A stretch of 53,756 nt of DNA from a virus, in the IMG/VR virus record IMGVR_UViG_3300018411_000004. The stretch is one strand, 5' to 3'. A program made the translations under genes and the position numbers. Shown here piece after piece: positions 9,001 through 16,939 of this stretch. Position 1 is the first letter of the stretch. Every line of letters begins with the position of its first letter. The notes under the pieces were generated by a model. The model was not told the DNA's origin, did not search any database, and worked only from the letters and a program-made list of their open reading frames with translations.

Positions 9001-10125
9001 TATGGAAACGTTGCATTACTTGATATTGCATCAATGCATCCGACAAGCGCAATTCAGGAAAACTTATTCGGTGATGTATATACTAAGAAGTTTAAAGAAA
9101 TTGTAGATGCTCGACTCGCGATAAAACATAAGGATCTTGATTCTGCTAGACAAATGCTGGGTGGGGCTTTAGCTAAATATCTTGACGATGAAAGTCTACT
9201 CAAGGATTTATCGACAGCGTTGAAGATCGTTATCAACTCTGTATACGGTTTAACGTCAGCAAGTTTCGAAAACCCATTCAGAGATCCAAGAAATATCGAT
9301 AATATCGTAGCCAAACGTGGAGCGTTATTTATGGTAAACCTGAAACATGCAGTTCAAGCACGAGGTTTTACCGTTGCTCATATTAAGACCGACTCGATTA
9401 AGATACCAGATGCAACTCCTGAGATTATTCAGTTTGTTACGGATTATGGTGAGATGTACGGTTACACCTTTGAACACGAGGCTACATACGATCGCTTATG
9501 TCTGGTTAATGATGCTGTTTATATCGCTCGATATTCTGGAGAAGGTGTAAAGTGGACTGCTACGGGTACTCAATTCGCGGTGCCGTATGTATTCAAGAAG
9601 TTATTTACTGGCGATGATATCGAATTTAAAGATCTCTGTGAAACAAAATCCGTAGCATCCTCCATATATTTGGATATGAACGAGTCGCTTCCCGATGTTA
9701 AAGAGTATGAAAAAGAGCGGGATAAGATATGGAAGAAACTTCTTTCCGATGAACCGATGGATAAATCTGTTGTCGACGATCTAGAACAACGATATTTGGA
9801 ACTTGAAGAACTGATCGCTCCGGGACACAATTATATATTTGTAGGAAAGATAGGTCTGTTCTGCCCAATCAAATCTGGACATGGCGGTGGTATACTTTTA
9901 AGAGAGAATAACACTGCTAAAAACGGTAAGGTTGGATATGCATCTGTAACTGGCACTAAAGGATATCGTTGGTTAGAAGCTGAAATGGTGGAGAACTTGG
10001 GTAAATATGATTCTATAGATAGATCATATTATGACAACTTGGTAAATGATGCGGTCGACAGCATTGCTACATATGGTGATATTGAATGGTTTGTATCAGA
10101 AGAAACATATTTAAAGAAAGATTAA
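6100..10125 (+). CDS. Replicase fusion: SF3 (D5/P4-like) helicase, AEP primase-like domain and family-B DNA polymerase
   Basis: 1341 aa. Helicase: Walker A GSAGTGKST (aa 182-190), Walker B VAIQHDGD, FMGTNKP. AEP: IVIDFDL and SKSGKGIHLHY (aa 506-548). PolB: ExoI FYDVEVF, ExoIII YCDNDIIAT, motif A LLDIASMHPTS, motif B KIVINSVYG, motif C HIKTDS. Confidence 0.85.
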   Translation: MLDFLMIATRSTKKGAIEVYPKFLIKKSKDLMIRGGDFYAVWDEAQNRWSLDEHAALRMIDKELVTYTEERCDKFDGEVRVLHLWDSSSGMIDNWHKYCQKQMRDSFHPLDEKLVFANEETTKEDYVTRTLTYPLESGDISAYERMMSVLYSPDERMKIEWAIGSIVTGESVNIQKFLVFYGSAGTGKSTVLNLIQKLFDGYYTVFDAKALGSTSNSFALEAFKTNPLVAIQHDGDLSRIADNTRLNSVVSHELMTVNEKFKATYASKFKCFLFMGTNKPVKITDAKSGLIRRLIDVSPTGDKLPSVEYKAVVHQLDFELGAIAYHCAEVYKNNKSKYDDYIPTTMLGASNDFYNYIEDAFYVFKDEDGVTLKTAWERYKTYCTEAHVQYPFSQRAFKEELKNYFKEYKERHVLADGTRVRSYFEGFRYDKFERVQEEDHDECPENLKTIIFNGKESEFDKQCKSCPAQYASEQGSPVMKWANVKTKLSKIDTSKLHYVKVPENHIVIDFDLTENGEKSLELNLKEASKWPETYAEVSKSGKGIHLHYIYSGDASKLSRVYDEHIEIKVFVGNASLRRKLTKFNDKPINTISSGLPLKGDKVINFDSVKNEKAIRTLIHKNIYKEYHPGTKPSIEFIHKILEDAYESGVPYDVRDMENVVFAFAASSTNHAEYCMDLVETMKFKSEDISENGVNEDVSALVFYDVEVFPNLFIVNYKAEGENKPVVRMINPTSKDIEGLLRYKLVGFNCRRYDNHILYGRLIGYTNEQLYELSMRIINNKPNAYFGEAWNISYTDVYDFSSEKKSLKKFEIELGIHHQELGLPWDQPVPEELWVKVAEYCDNDIIATEAVFHARQSDWLARQILADIAGKSVNTTTNSLSTRIIFGDNKTPQDEFNYRDMGKVDDKCSTISMTDKGVLFDNFADDEHCLFDEFNRPVFPGYKYEAGKSHYRGEVVGEGGYVYSEPGMYGNVALLDIASMHPTSAIQENLFGDVYTKKFKEIVDARLAIKHKDLDSARQMLGGALAKYLDDESLLKDLSTALKIVINSVYGLTSASFENPFRDPRNIDNIVAKRGALFMVNLKHAVQARGFTVAHIKTDSIKIPDATPEIIQFVTDYGEMYGYTFEHEATYDRLCLVNDAVYIARYSGEGVKWTATGTQFAVPYVFKKLFTGDDIEFKDLCETKSVASSIYLDMNESLPDVKEYEKERDKIWKKLLSDEPMDKSVVDDLEQRYLELEELIAPGHNYIFVGKIGLFCPIKSGHGGGILLRENNTAKNGKVGYASVTGTKGYRWLEAEMVENLGKYDSIDRSYYDNLVNDAVDSIATYGDIEWFVSEETYLKKD

Positions 10126-10137
10126 AGAGGTAAAGAA

Positions 10138-10701
10138 ATGAGTTTATTAGAAGCAGCAAGAAACAGTGAGTTTAAAAGATTGGTTAATGGAGATTTATCG
10201 GTAGAGAATGCCGTTATTATTTGGACAAATTTTGCAGGGAAACCTACTAAATTTAATCCACAAGGTGGAAAGCGCACGTTCGCACTGGTGTTAACTGAAG
10301 AAGTTGCTGAACGACTTCGTAACGAGGGTTGGAATATCAAGATGCGAGAAGGACGTGAAGAAGGAGAAGATCCTTTATATTTCACCGAGATCGTTGTTAA
10401 CATGGAAAGTACCTATCCGCCTAAGGTTGTGTTATATACCGAATTCAGAGGTAAAAAGAGCGCCAACAAATTAACAGAGCGAACTGTGGGGCAATTGGAT
10501 ACTATCGATATCGCAAACGTAGATCTTGTAGTACATCCATATGAACACGGGTTCAGTTCGGTGGCAACCGTCAAAGGTTACGCTCGAGCACTGTATGTAA
10601 CCCAAGGTCAGGATTCATATTTCGGAGGCAAGTATTCTGAGTATGAGGAGGTACCACTTGGAGGAGACGTTACGGACGACGATATTCCTTTCGATTTGTA
10701 A
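10138..10701 (+). CDS. Single-stranded DNA-binding protein (gp2.5/DUF2815-like)
   Basis: 187 aa. The acidic C-terminal tip DVTDDDIPFDL matches the bacterial SSB tail DDDIPF. The gene sits next to the replicase. Confidence 0.7.
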   Translation: MSLLEAARNSEFKRLVNGDLSVENAVIIWTNFAGKPTKFNPQGGKRTFALVLTEEVAERLRNEGWNIKMREGREEGEDPLYFTEIVVNMESTYPPKVVLYTEFRGKKSANKLTERTVGQLDTIDIANVDLVVHPYEHGFSSVATVKGYARALYVTQGQDSYFGGKYSEYEEVPLGGDVTDDDIPFDL

Positions 10702-10718
10702 AAGAGTAGGTTTATATT

Positions 10719-11939
10719 TTGGCAGGAGTACAACTAGACGATAAACAAATTACTGCCGTAAGAAATATGAAGAACGGTTGTATTCTTTGTGGCGGTGTTG
10801 GTAGTGGTAAGTCGAGAACCTCTTTGGCTTACTACTACCTTATTAATGGTGGTAAACTTAATACGAAGACCTACACTCGAATGCCAGGACGACCGAAAGA
10901 TCTTTATATTATCACAACTGCTCGTAAGCGAGATCAACTGGAATGGGAGGAGGAGCTTTTACCGTTCCTTCTCTATCCTGATGACGTTCGAGAAAAGTTA
11001 TATGGTAATAAGGTTATCGTTGATAGTTGGAATAACGTTGTTAAGTACAAAGATGTTGAGAATGCGTTCTTTATATTTGATGAGCAGAGAGTTGTTGGTA
11101 GTGGTGCTTGGGTTAAAACTTTTTTAAAGATCTGTAAGAAGAACTCATGGGTATTGTTGTCAGCTACTCCTGGAGATACTTGGTCTGATTATATTCCAGT
11201 ATTCGTTGCTAATGGGTTCTATAAGAATCGATCAGAGTTTCTAAAAAGACACGCGGTATATTCTCGCTTTACAAAGTTTCCAAAGATCGAGAAATACATT
11301 GAGACTAAGCGACTTGAGCTTCTGAAGAACTCTATATTAGTGCCAATCGAATTCAAGAGACATACCGAATCGATTAACATTAATCGAGAAGTTGTGTATG
11401 ACATTGCGAAATATAAGGAAGTCGGAAAGGAACGTTGGGACCCATATAAAAATGAGCCAATAGTTAATGCCGGATCTTTATGTTATATTTGGCGTAAGGT
11501 CGTTAACTCAGATCAGTCAAGAGCTTCTGAGGTTTTAAGGATTTATAAGGATCATCCACGAGTAATCATATTTTACAACTTTGATTACGAATTGGAAATC
11601 CTTAAGAATCTAAACTATGGTAAAGATGTATCTGTAGCTGAGTGGAATGGCCACAAACACGAGAATATCCCTAACACAAAGAACTGGGTGTATTTGGTTC
11701 AGTATACAGCTGGTAATGAGGGTTGGAACTGTGTACTTACGGATACGATCATATTCTATTCGCAGAACTATTCCTATAAGGTAATGGTGCAAGCGGCTGG
11801 TAGAATTGACAGACGTAATACACCTTTTACTAAACTATATTACTACCACTTAAGAAGTAAAGCGCCTATAGATTTAGGCATTGGTAGAGCGTTACATGCG
11901 AAGAAGAAGTTTAATGAAAAGAATTTTGTGAAGTTTTAA
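10719..11939 (+). CDS. SF2 DNA/RNA helicase
   Basis: 406 aa with a TTG start. Motif I GGVGSGKS, II FDEQ, III SATPG, VI QAAGRIDRR. Confidence 0.8.
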   Translation: MAGVQLDDKQITAVRNMKNGCILCGGVGSGKSRTSLAYYYLINGGKLNTKTYTRMPGRPKDLYIITTARKRDQLEWEEELLPFLLYPDDVREKLYGNKVIVDSWNNVVKYKDVENAFFIFDEQRVVGSGAWVKTFLKICKKNSWVLLSATPGDTWSDYIPVFVANGFYKNRSEFLKRHAVYSRFTKFPKIEKYIETKRLELLKNSILVPIEFKRHTESININREVVYDIAKYKEVGKERWDPYKNEPIVNAGSLCYIWRKVVNSDQSRASEVLRIYKDHPRVIIFYNFDYELEILKNLNYGKDVSVAEWNGHKHENIPNTKNWVYLVQYTAGNEGWNCVLTDTIIFYSQNYSYKVMVQAAGRIDRRNTPFTKLYYYHLRSKAPIDLGIGRALHAKKKFNEKNFVKF

Positions 11940-11966
11940 AAAGTACGTGGAGGTACGAAAAAAAAA

Positions 11967-12449
11967 ATGAACAGTGATTTATTAAAAAGAATTCATATTA
12001 TCGGTTACGAATTAAATATGTACGGAACCCTTGAAGAACCCTTATTCTTAGCTGTTGAGGTAGCTAAACTAATCGATTATAGTGTTGGTAATACTGGCCA
12101 AATGTTAAATACGGTAGATCCTGATGAAAAGCAGACCCTTACAATGCAAAGGTCAGGTCAGAACCGTGATATGTGGTTCTTAACAGAATCCGGACTATAT
12201 GAAGTGTTGATGCAATCCCGTAAACCTGTAGCCAGACGATTCAAACGAGCTGTTAAATCGGTTCTTAAGGGTCTGAGATTATCTGGTAAGGCTGATCTTG
12301 AGGATTGGATGAATCATCCAGACCCATATTTAGACGAATGGGAGAAAGAAAGTGAACGAAGAGATCGTAACGGTGAAGAAGAGATCACGTTTGATGATTT
12401 CTTGAGAAATAAGGGGTATACTGAGGATATGTTATGCCTGGAAAATTAG
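11967..12449 (+). CDS. Bro-N domain protein (antirepressor-like)
   Basis: 160 aa. Bro-N-like pattern PLFLAVEVAKLIDY...WFLTESGLYEVLMQSRKPVARRFKRAV. Preceded by the early-type RBS box gtacgtggaggtacgaa. Confidence 0.65.
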   Translation: MNSDLLKRIHIIGYELNMYGTLEEPLFLAVEVAKLIDYSVGNTGQMLNTVDPDEKQTLTMQRSGQNRDMWFLTESGLYEVLMQSRKPVARRFKRAVKSVLKGLRLSGKADLEDWMNHPDPYLDEWEKESERRDRNGEEEITFDDFLRNKGYTEDMLCLEN

Positions 12450-12450
12450 T

Positions 12451-12479
12451 ACGCGAATTTAACATGGCATTATATGAAG
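12451..12479 (+). promoter_or_regulatory. Early promoter-like box
   Basis: acgcgaa at 12451 and ttatatgaag at 12470. Confidence 0.55.
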
Positions 12480-12503
12480 AATAAATTTTAGGAGGATATT
12501 GTA

Positions 12504-12782
12504 ATGGATGAAGTAAAAGAAGTTTTAGAGACAGGTGTTGAGGATTCAAACTTAACTGTTGAAATGCTGGAGACATTACTGGACGAAGCAGATCTTATAA
12601 TTACAGATTGTAAGCATACTATCGCAGACTTAACAAAGAAAGTTGGCGTTAGTTTTACTACAGGAGTTATTTGTGGAGGTGCTATCGGAGCAGTAAGTGT
12701 TGTTGGTGGATATTTTACAGGTAAAAAGATTAAAGAATACTTGGTTAAAAAGAAACTTGAAAAACCAAAACAAGAAATCTAA
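12504..12782 (+). CDS. Small protein with a C-terminal TM segment
   Basis: 92 aa, RBS taggagg, with its own promoter box and terminator. Confidence 0.7.
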   Translation: MDEVKEVLETGVEDSNLTVEMLETLLDEADLIITDCKHTIADLTKKVGVSFTTGVICGGAIGAVSVVGGYFTGKKIKEYLVKKKLEKPKQEI

Positions 12783-12801
12783 AGAATTTGAAAATGAGAA
12801 G

Positions 12802-12832
12802 GAGTGCTAACAAGCGCTCTTTTCTTTTTTTT
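12802..12832 (+). terminator. Intrinsic terminator
   Basis: gagtgct-aaca-agcgctc hairpin followed by ttttctttttttt. Confidence 0.65.
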
Positions 12833-12848
12833 ATGAAAGGATATTTAC

Positions 12849-13238
12849 ATGATAGATACATTTGATAATTATGATAACATCAAACCAATTAAAGACTCAG
12901 GTAACCGTACAAAGTTCCAAACAGGCGCGGTAAGAGACATGCATCAGGGAAAAGGACGTTGTGATTTATTGCCACCAAATGCATTATTGCGATTGGCTAG
13001 ACACTTTGAAAGTGGTTCTCTAAAATATGGAGATCGTAATTGGGAATTAGGTATTCCTTGTCACAGTTTTGCAGACTCGGCCTTACGTCATTACTTACGA
13101 TATATGGCAGGGGATACAGATGAGGATCATTTGATTGCTGCTATTTGGAATTTGATGTGTTTGGCCGAGACGGAGGAGTTGAGACCCGGTATGCAGGATA
13201 TTCCTAGCAGATTAAAGGAGAAGGAAAATGAAAAGTGA
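12849..13238 (+). CDS. Nucleotide pyrophosphohydrolase-like protein (dATP/dGTP diphosphohydrolase N-terminal-like)
   Basis: 129 aa. The pattern RCDLLPPNALLRLARHFESGSLKYGDRNW...RHYLRY..GDTDEDHL resembles that family, judged from memory. Confidence 0.45.
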   Translation: MIDTFDNYDNIKPIKDSGNRTKFQTGAVRDMHQGKGRCDLLPPNALLRLARHFESGSLKYGDRNWELGIPCHSFADSALRHYLRYMAGDTDEDHLIAAIWNLMCLAETEELRPGMQDIPSRLKEKENEK

Positions 13239-13749
13239 AGATTATATTAGTTGGTCTGAATTCTTTATGGGGGTTGCTGAACTTGCAGCCAAACGGAGTA
13301 AAGACCCAAACACTAAAGTTGGTGCTTGTATCGTTAATGATCGTAATATCATATTGTCTACTGGTTATAACGGTATGCCAATTGGTTGTGATGACGATGA
13401 CATGCCTTGGTGTAGAGAAGGAGCTTTTGACAAGTCTAAATATGCGTATGTTTGTCATGCAGAGCTTAACGCCATTCTTAATTGCGATGGTCGGTCTTTA
13501 GTAGGTTCGACATTATATGTTACTAATTTCCCATGTAACGAATGTGCTAAAGCTATTATTCAAGCCGGAATCAGAAAAGTAATATTCAAAGAAGATAAGT
13601 ATCCAGATTCAGACGCTACACAAGTAGCTAAAATGTTATTCGTAACATGCGGTGTTTCTGTGTTGAGTTATTACGTATGCGATAAAGATGAATTTACATT
13701 TTTAGCTGGCGGTAAGAAATTCAAGATGTATGTAGATAAGGAGGATTAA
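13228..13749 (+). CDS. dCMP (deoxycytidylate) deaminase
   Basis: 173 aa. Zinc motifs CHAELNAI and PCNECAKAI. Confidence 0.85.
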   Translation: MKSEDYISWSEFFMGVAELAAKRSKDPNTKVGACIVNDRNIILSTGYNGMPIGCDDDDMPWCREGAFDKSKYAYVCHAELNAILNCDGRSLVGSTLYVTNFPCNECAKAIIQAGIRKVIFKEDKYPDSDATQVAKMLFVTCGVSVLSYYVCDKDEFTFLAGGKKFKMYVDKED

Positions 13750-13751
13750 TT

Positions 13752-13994
13752 ATGTTTAAGGTTGCGGGGGAATTGTATGAGGTTGGTGATATTGTGGTTG
13801 TGTGTTGGTCTAAATACGAATCTAATCATGAGGTTCGTGGAAGATTAGTTGGTGTTAAAACAGATCTTAATAAGCAACATCAACCAAGAGTTAAATTCAT
13901 TATTAGTGGATGTTTAGCTGCAGATTGCGGTCATAAGAAACCGGAACGATTAAGTTTCGTCCTTACAGACGATCTATATATTCAAAAAGTTTAA
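13752..13994 (+). CDS. Hypothetical protein
   Basis: 80 aa, RBS aaggagg. Confidence 0.65.
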   Translation: MFKVAGELYEVGDIVVVCWSKYESNHEVRGRLVGVKTDLNKQHQPRVKFIISGCLAADCGHKKPERLSFVLTDDLYIQKV

Positions 13995-14006
13995 AGGAGA
14001 TGCGTA

Positions 14007-14519
14007 ATGAAGAAGTTAATGATTTTATTAGGAGTTGTGTTGATGGTTGCTGGACTCAGTGGGTGTTCGAAAGTTGATGAAAATAAGTTAGACGTGACTA
14101 ACATGACATCATCTGAATTGGTTGCGATATTTGTAGATGCCGGTTATCCGATTGGTGAGGTTGAGGATTATACTGCTGAGAGCGATCTTAACCATTTGTT
14201 GGGACGTCCTGGAGCATATACGAGTAAGACCACCTTTGCTGATAGCCGGTTAAAACAGATTACCTTATTTGAAGCGCCTCCGTTGGGTGGGACATTTGAG
14301 GTGTTTGATAACGAGGCAGATGCTCAAAACCGCATAAGTTATTTACATCAGATTGTTGGTACGTCTGGACCATTCTTTCAGTATGAGTATTCGTATAAAA
14401 ACGTATATTTCAGAATTGAAGGTGCTCTAACACCACAACAAGCGCTTCAGTACGAACAAGCTTTCAATGATATTTGTGATGGTGATTTACCGCAGACTTA
14501 TGTTGAGTGGAGTGAGTGA
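14007..14519 (+). CDS. Lipoprotein
   Basis: 170 aa. Signal peptide with lipobox LSGC (MKKLMILLGVVLMVAGLSGC). Confidence 0.75.
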   Translation: MKKLMILLGVVLMVAGLSGCSKVDENKLDVTNMTSSELVAIFVDAGYPIGEVEDYTAESDLNHLLGRPGAYTSKTTFADSRLKQITLFEAPPLGGTFEVFDNEADAQNRISYLHQIVGTSGPFFQYEYSYKNVYFRIEGALTPQQALQYEQAFNDICDGDLPQTYVEWSE

Positions 14520-14725
14520 GTATGAATCTTATAGAAAATCACTATGAAGTAAGTGTTCAACTGATAAACAAATACTCTGGTCATATTGAAAAGCTTGATG
14601 TATTCGCTGAAAATATTGGAGAAGCTTTTTTAAAAGCTGAGAAGTATTGTAAGAATGATGTTGATAGTTTTCATAAAAGTATCATAATAAAAATCGAATT
14701 AATTGATCAAATAGGAGATATGTAA
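14516..14725 (+). CDS. Hypothetical protein
   Basis: 69 aa, GTGA start/stop overlap. Confidence 0.6.
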   Translation: MSMNLIENHYEVSVQLINKYSGHIEKLDVFAENIGEAFLKAEKYCKNDVDSFHKSIIIKIELIDQIGDM

Positions 14726-15267
14726 TGTTTAAATTCAAAATTTTGGCTGTAGACTTTGATGGTACATTGTGTGAAAATCGTTTTCCAGATATTGGATTAC
14801 CTAATACCGAGTTCATTAATTATTTGAAGGGCGAGAAACTTAAAGGTAACAAACTTATTCTCTGGACTTGTCGTACAGGATTGCGGTTAATCGAGGCTGT
14901 TGACTGGTGTAATCGTCATGATTTATTTTTCGATGCGGTTAACAAGAATGTCCCTGAGATTATTAACGCTTTTGGTGGTGATCAGAGAAAGATATATGCC
15001 GATGAGTATATAGACGATAAAGCATCTCAAAGATTCACATTACCATTCGTGAGGGATCTTGGTGAAGTGAGCGATGGTTATCATACGTTCAACGGTCTTT
15101 ACGCTCAACGAAGAGTCTTATTTGCTACATTATGCAACTTATTCAAAGAATCTTCCTGGAAATCTCGAAGACATTCAGACGGGAAGTTATGTTTTGATGG
15201 AAAGTGGTTTATCGTAGGTATTGATACCCCTAAAGGATCTTATACCTATCATTACCAAATGGAATAA
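14725..15267 (+). CDS. HAD-superfamily phosphatase/nucleotidase-like protein. The frame continues into 15274..15480 across one TAA
   Basis: 180 aa. DxDGT motif VDFDGTL. Confidence 0.7.
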   Translation: MFKFKILAVDFDGTLCENRFPDIGLPNTEFINYLKGEKLKGNKLILWTCRTGLRLIEAVDWCNRHDLFFDAVNKNVPEIINAFGGDQRKIYADEYIDDKASQRFTLPFVRDLGEVSDGYHTFNGLYAQRRVLFATLCNLFKESSWKSRRHSDGKLCFDGKWFIVGIDTPKGSYTYHYQME

Positions 15268-15273
15268 TGGAAC

Positions 15274-15480
15274 ATGTTCAAATGTGCCGAGTTAGATCGT
15301 GGTAAGGAATGGGATGGTCATACCGAAAAAGATGTCGAACGATTATTATCATTGGAAGGACGTATTTGTAAGTGTAAAAACAAGAGTATTGAAATCGACC
15401 TTCCGGAGTATACTGAGTCTATATCTGATGGTTTAATTTATACTAAGAGTAGCGATCATGGAGGATGTAAATATGTATAA
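15274..15480 (+). CDS. C-terminal continuation of the HAD protein (contains WDGHT), separated by an in-frame TAA. Either a split gene or a readthrough candidate
   Basis: Same frame as 14725 (offset 549 nt). No recognisable RBS before the ATG at 15274. Confidence 0.4.
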   Translation: MFKCAELDRGKEWDGHTEKDVERLLSLEGRICKCKNKSIEIDLPEYTESISDGLIYTKSSDHGGCKYV

Positions 15481-15736
15481 GGATTGCGCAATGGTTATCC
15501 ACAACGAATTGGTTATTTCGTTTCCGACATCTGACAATAAATTTATTGTAGGAGATTTGGTAACTGTGGAGTTCTATAAAACCGATGAAGTTGTTTTACC
15601 GATAACTGGTCGGATATATAAAATATGTGAAGACTATAAAGTCATGATCGACTGTAGTACGCTTTACAAAGCTGATATTCAAGAATTTTATCTTGATAGT
15701 GTTAGTAAAATGGTAAGACTGAAGTATAATATTTAA
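15473..15736 (+). CDS. Hypothetical protein
   Basis: Start chosen at the ATG preceded by ggagga. ATGTATAA overlap with the upstream stop. Confidence 0.6.
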   Translation: MYKDCAMVIHNELVISFPTSDNKFIVGDLVTVEFYKTDEVVLPITGRIYKICEDYKVMIDCSTLYKADIQEFYLDSVSKMVRLKYNI

Positions 15737-15763
15737 TAGTAGTTTTAGAAAGGAATTAAACAA

Positions 15764-16402
15764 ATGATTAAAATTGAAGAGGTAGAAGTTGTTGGTTTGA
15801 GACATGCGATTCGAGGTATGCGTAATCCTATGAATAGTTGGGATAAGAGTGATAGCTGCTTTGAATATGGTTTAGATCTTGATGCCACTTTTGTCGTTGG
15901 TGAAAACGATCTAAAGACAATGCAAAACCTTTCAAACGGCGGCCCCGTGCATGGTAAGTTTAAACGTATGATCGTTGTGTATATGGATATCACGGCTCCA
16001 CTATATTGGTGGAAAGAGTTTGACACATACAAAGTTGGTACGGTTGCTAATAGCTGCTCGACTATGCATAAGATTCATGCTAAAAGATTTTATTTACAGG
16101 ATTTCAGTTCGGAACATCTTGATGCGGAAAATGAACATTTCATGTTGGATACAATTGTCATGTTAAACAGAGCTAGAGAAAAATATATTCACGGTGGCGA
16201 TAAAAACGATTGGTGGCAGATGATTCAACTCTTACCATCGTCTTATAATCAGAAACGTACGGTCATGTTAAATTACGAGGTGCTTACTCCGATATATCGG
16301 GATCGTAAGAACCATAAGCTGGACGAGTGGCATGGACTTTGTGAAGTTATCGAGGGACTTCCACATAGCGAACTGATTACGGAAAGACCGAGTTATTTTT
16401 AG
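15764..16402 (+). CDS. ThyX-like (flavin-dependent thymidylate synthase fold) protein with a substituted RHR motif
   Basis: 212 aa. HGKFKRMIVVYMDITAPLYWWKEFDTYKVGTVANSCSTMH aligns by eye with the ThyX core, with TYK in place of RHR. This is a memory-based call. Confidence 0.35.
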   Translation: MIKIEEVEVVGLRHAIRGMRNPMNSWDKSDSCFEYGLDLDATFVVGENDLKTMQNLSNGGPVHGKFKRMIVVYMDITAPLYWWKEFDTYKVGTVANSCSTMHKIHAKRFYLQDFSSEHLDAENEHFMLDTIVMLNRAREKYIHGGDKNDWWQMIQLLPSSYNQKRTVMLNYEVLTPIYRDRKNHKLDEWHGLCEVIEGLPHSELITERPSYF

Positions 16403-16576
16403 ATGGTATTAGTTTTTACAGACGGTAACGCTCCTCAGCAAGTGGTTGAGATCCTTCAATCATTTGTTGGTGGAGCTTTATTCACAAATATATCTACGGC
16501 AATTAACCGTTTGGAAGAACTTGGTTTGGATGGTGGCGATATTCTACATTGTCGATTCGTTGAGGTTATTAATTAA
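16403..16576 (+). CDS. Small hypothetical protein (57 aa)
   Basis: Below the ORF-track cutoff. The ATG directly abuts the upstream TAG, and the ORF fills an otherwise empty 190-nt gap. Confidence 0.45.
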   Translation: MVLVFTDGNAPQQVVEILQSFVGGALFTNISTAINRLEELGLDGGDILHCRFVEVIN

Positions 16577-16591
16577 AGAGAGGTAATTATT

Positions 16592-16939
16592 ATGGAGATG
16601 CGTAAAAACAAAAGGGGACATACGAAAGTTAAATTTACTCGGGCTGAGCAGGACGCTATGAATCGTGAGATCGAGGATCAGCTTTTAGATTTTGTCGGTC
16701 GAAATCTTCTAGAGATTGAAGCAATGATGATGGTTCAGTTGCGAGAACAATTGGGATTTGGTAAGAAGAGATTAAAACAATTTTATACTGGCTTCAGTCC
16801 GACCATTTATGATTTCATGGTGCGAAGTCTCAAATATCGTGAAGGCGGTGCTGAAAAAAGTTGTGTTGAGAAACTTGACGATTATGGTTGTCCTTTAGAG
16901 GAGTGGGCTATTGAACGAGAGGAATTGCTTAATGAATAA
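16592..16939 (+). CDS. Hypothetical protein
   Basis: 115 aa, RBS agagagg. Confidence 0.65.
   Translation: MEMRKNKRGHTKVKFTRAEQDAMNREIEDQLLDFVGRNLLEIEAMMMVQLREQLGFGKKRLKQFYTGFSPTIYDFMVRSLKYREGGAEKSCVEKLDDYGCPLEEWAIEREELLNE

Noticed and set aside
10122-10403. Minus-strand 93-aa ORF overlapping the SSB gene
   Set aside because: It is antisense to a well-supported + strand gene and has no RBS.
11967-12449. Lysogeny module, inferred from the Bro-N antirepressor-like protein
   Set aside because: No integrase, CI/Cro-like repressor pair, excisionase or divergent promoter region is visible anywhere. Bro-N domains also occur in virulent phages.
14725-15480. Genome-wide stop-codon reassignment (TAA read as sense)
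   Set aside because: Only this one gene appears interrupted. All other ORFs end cleanly at TAA, TAG or TGA, with the downstream RBS and start correctly spaced. No suppressor-type anticodon is present in the tRNA-like element.
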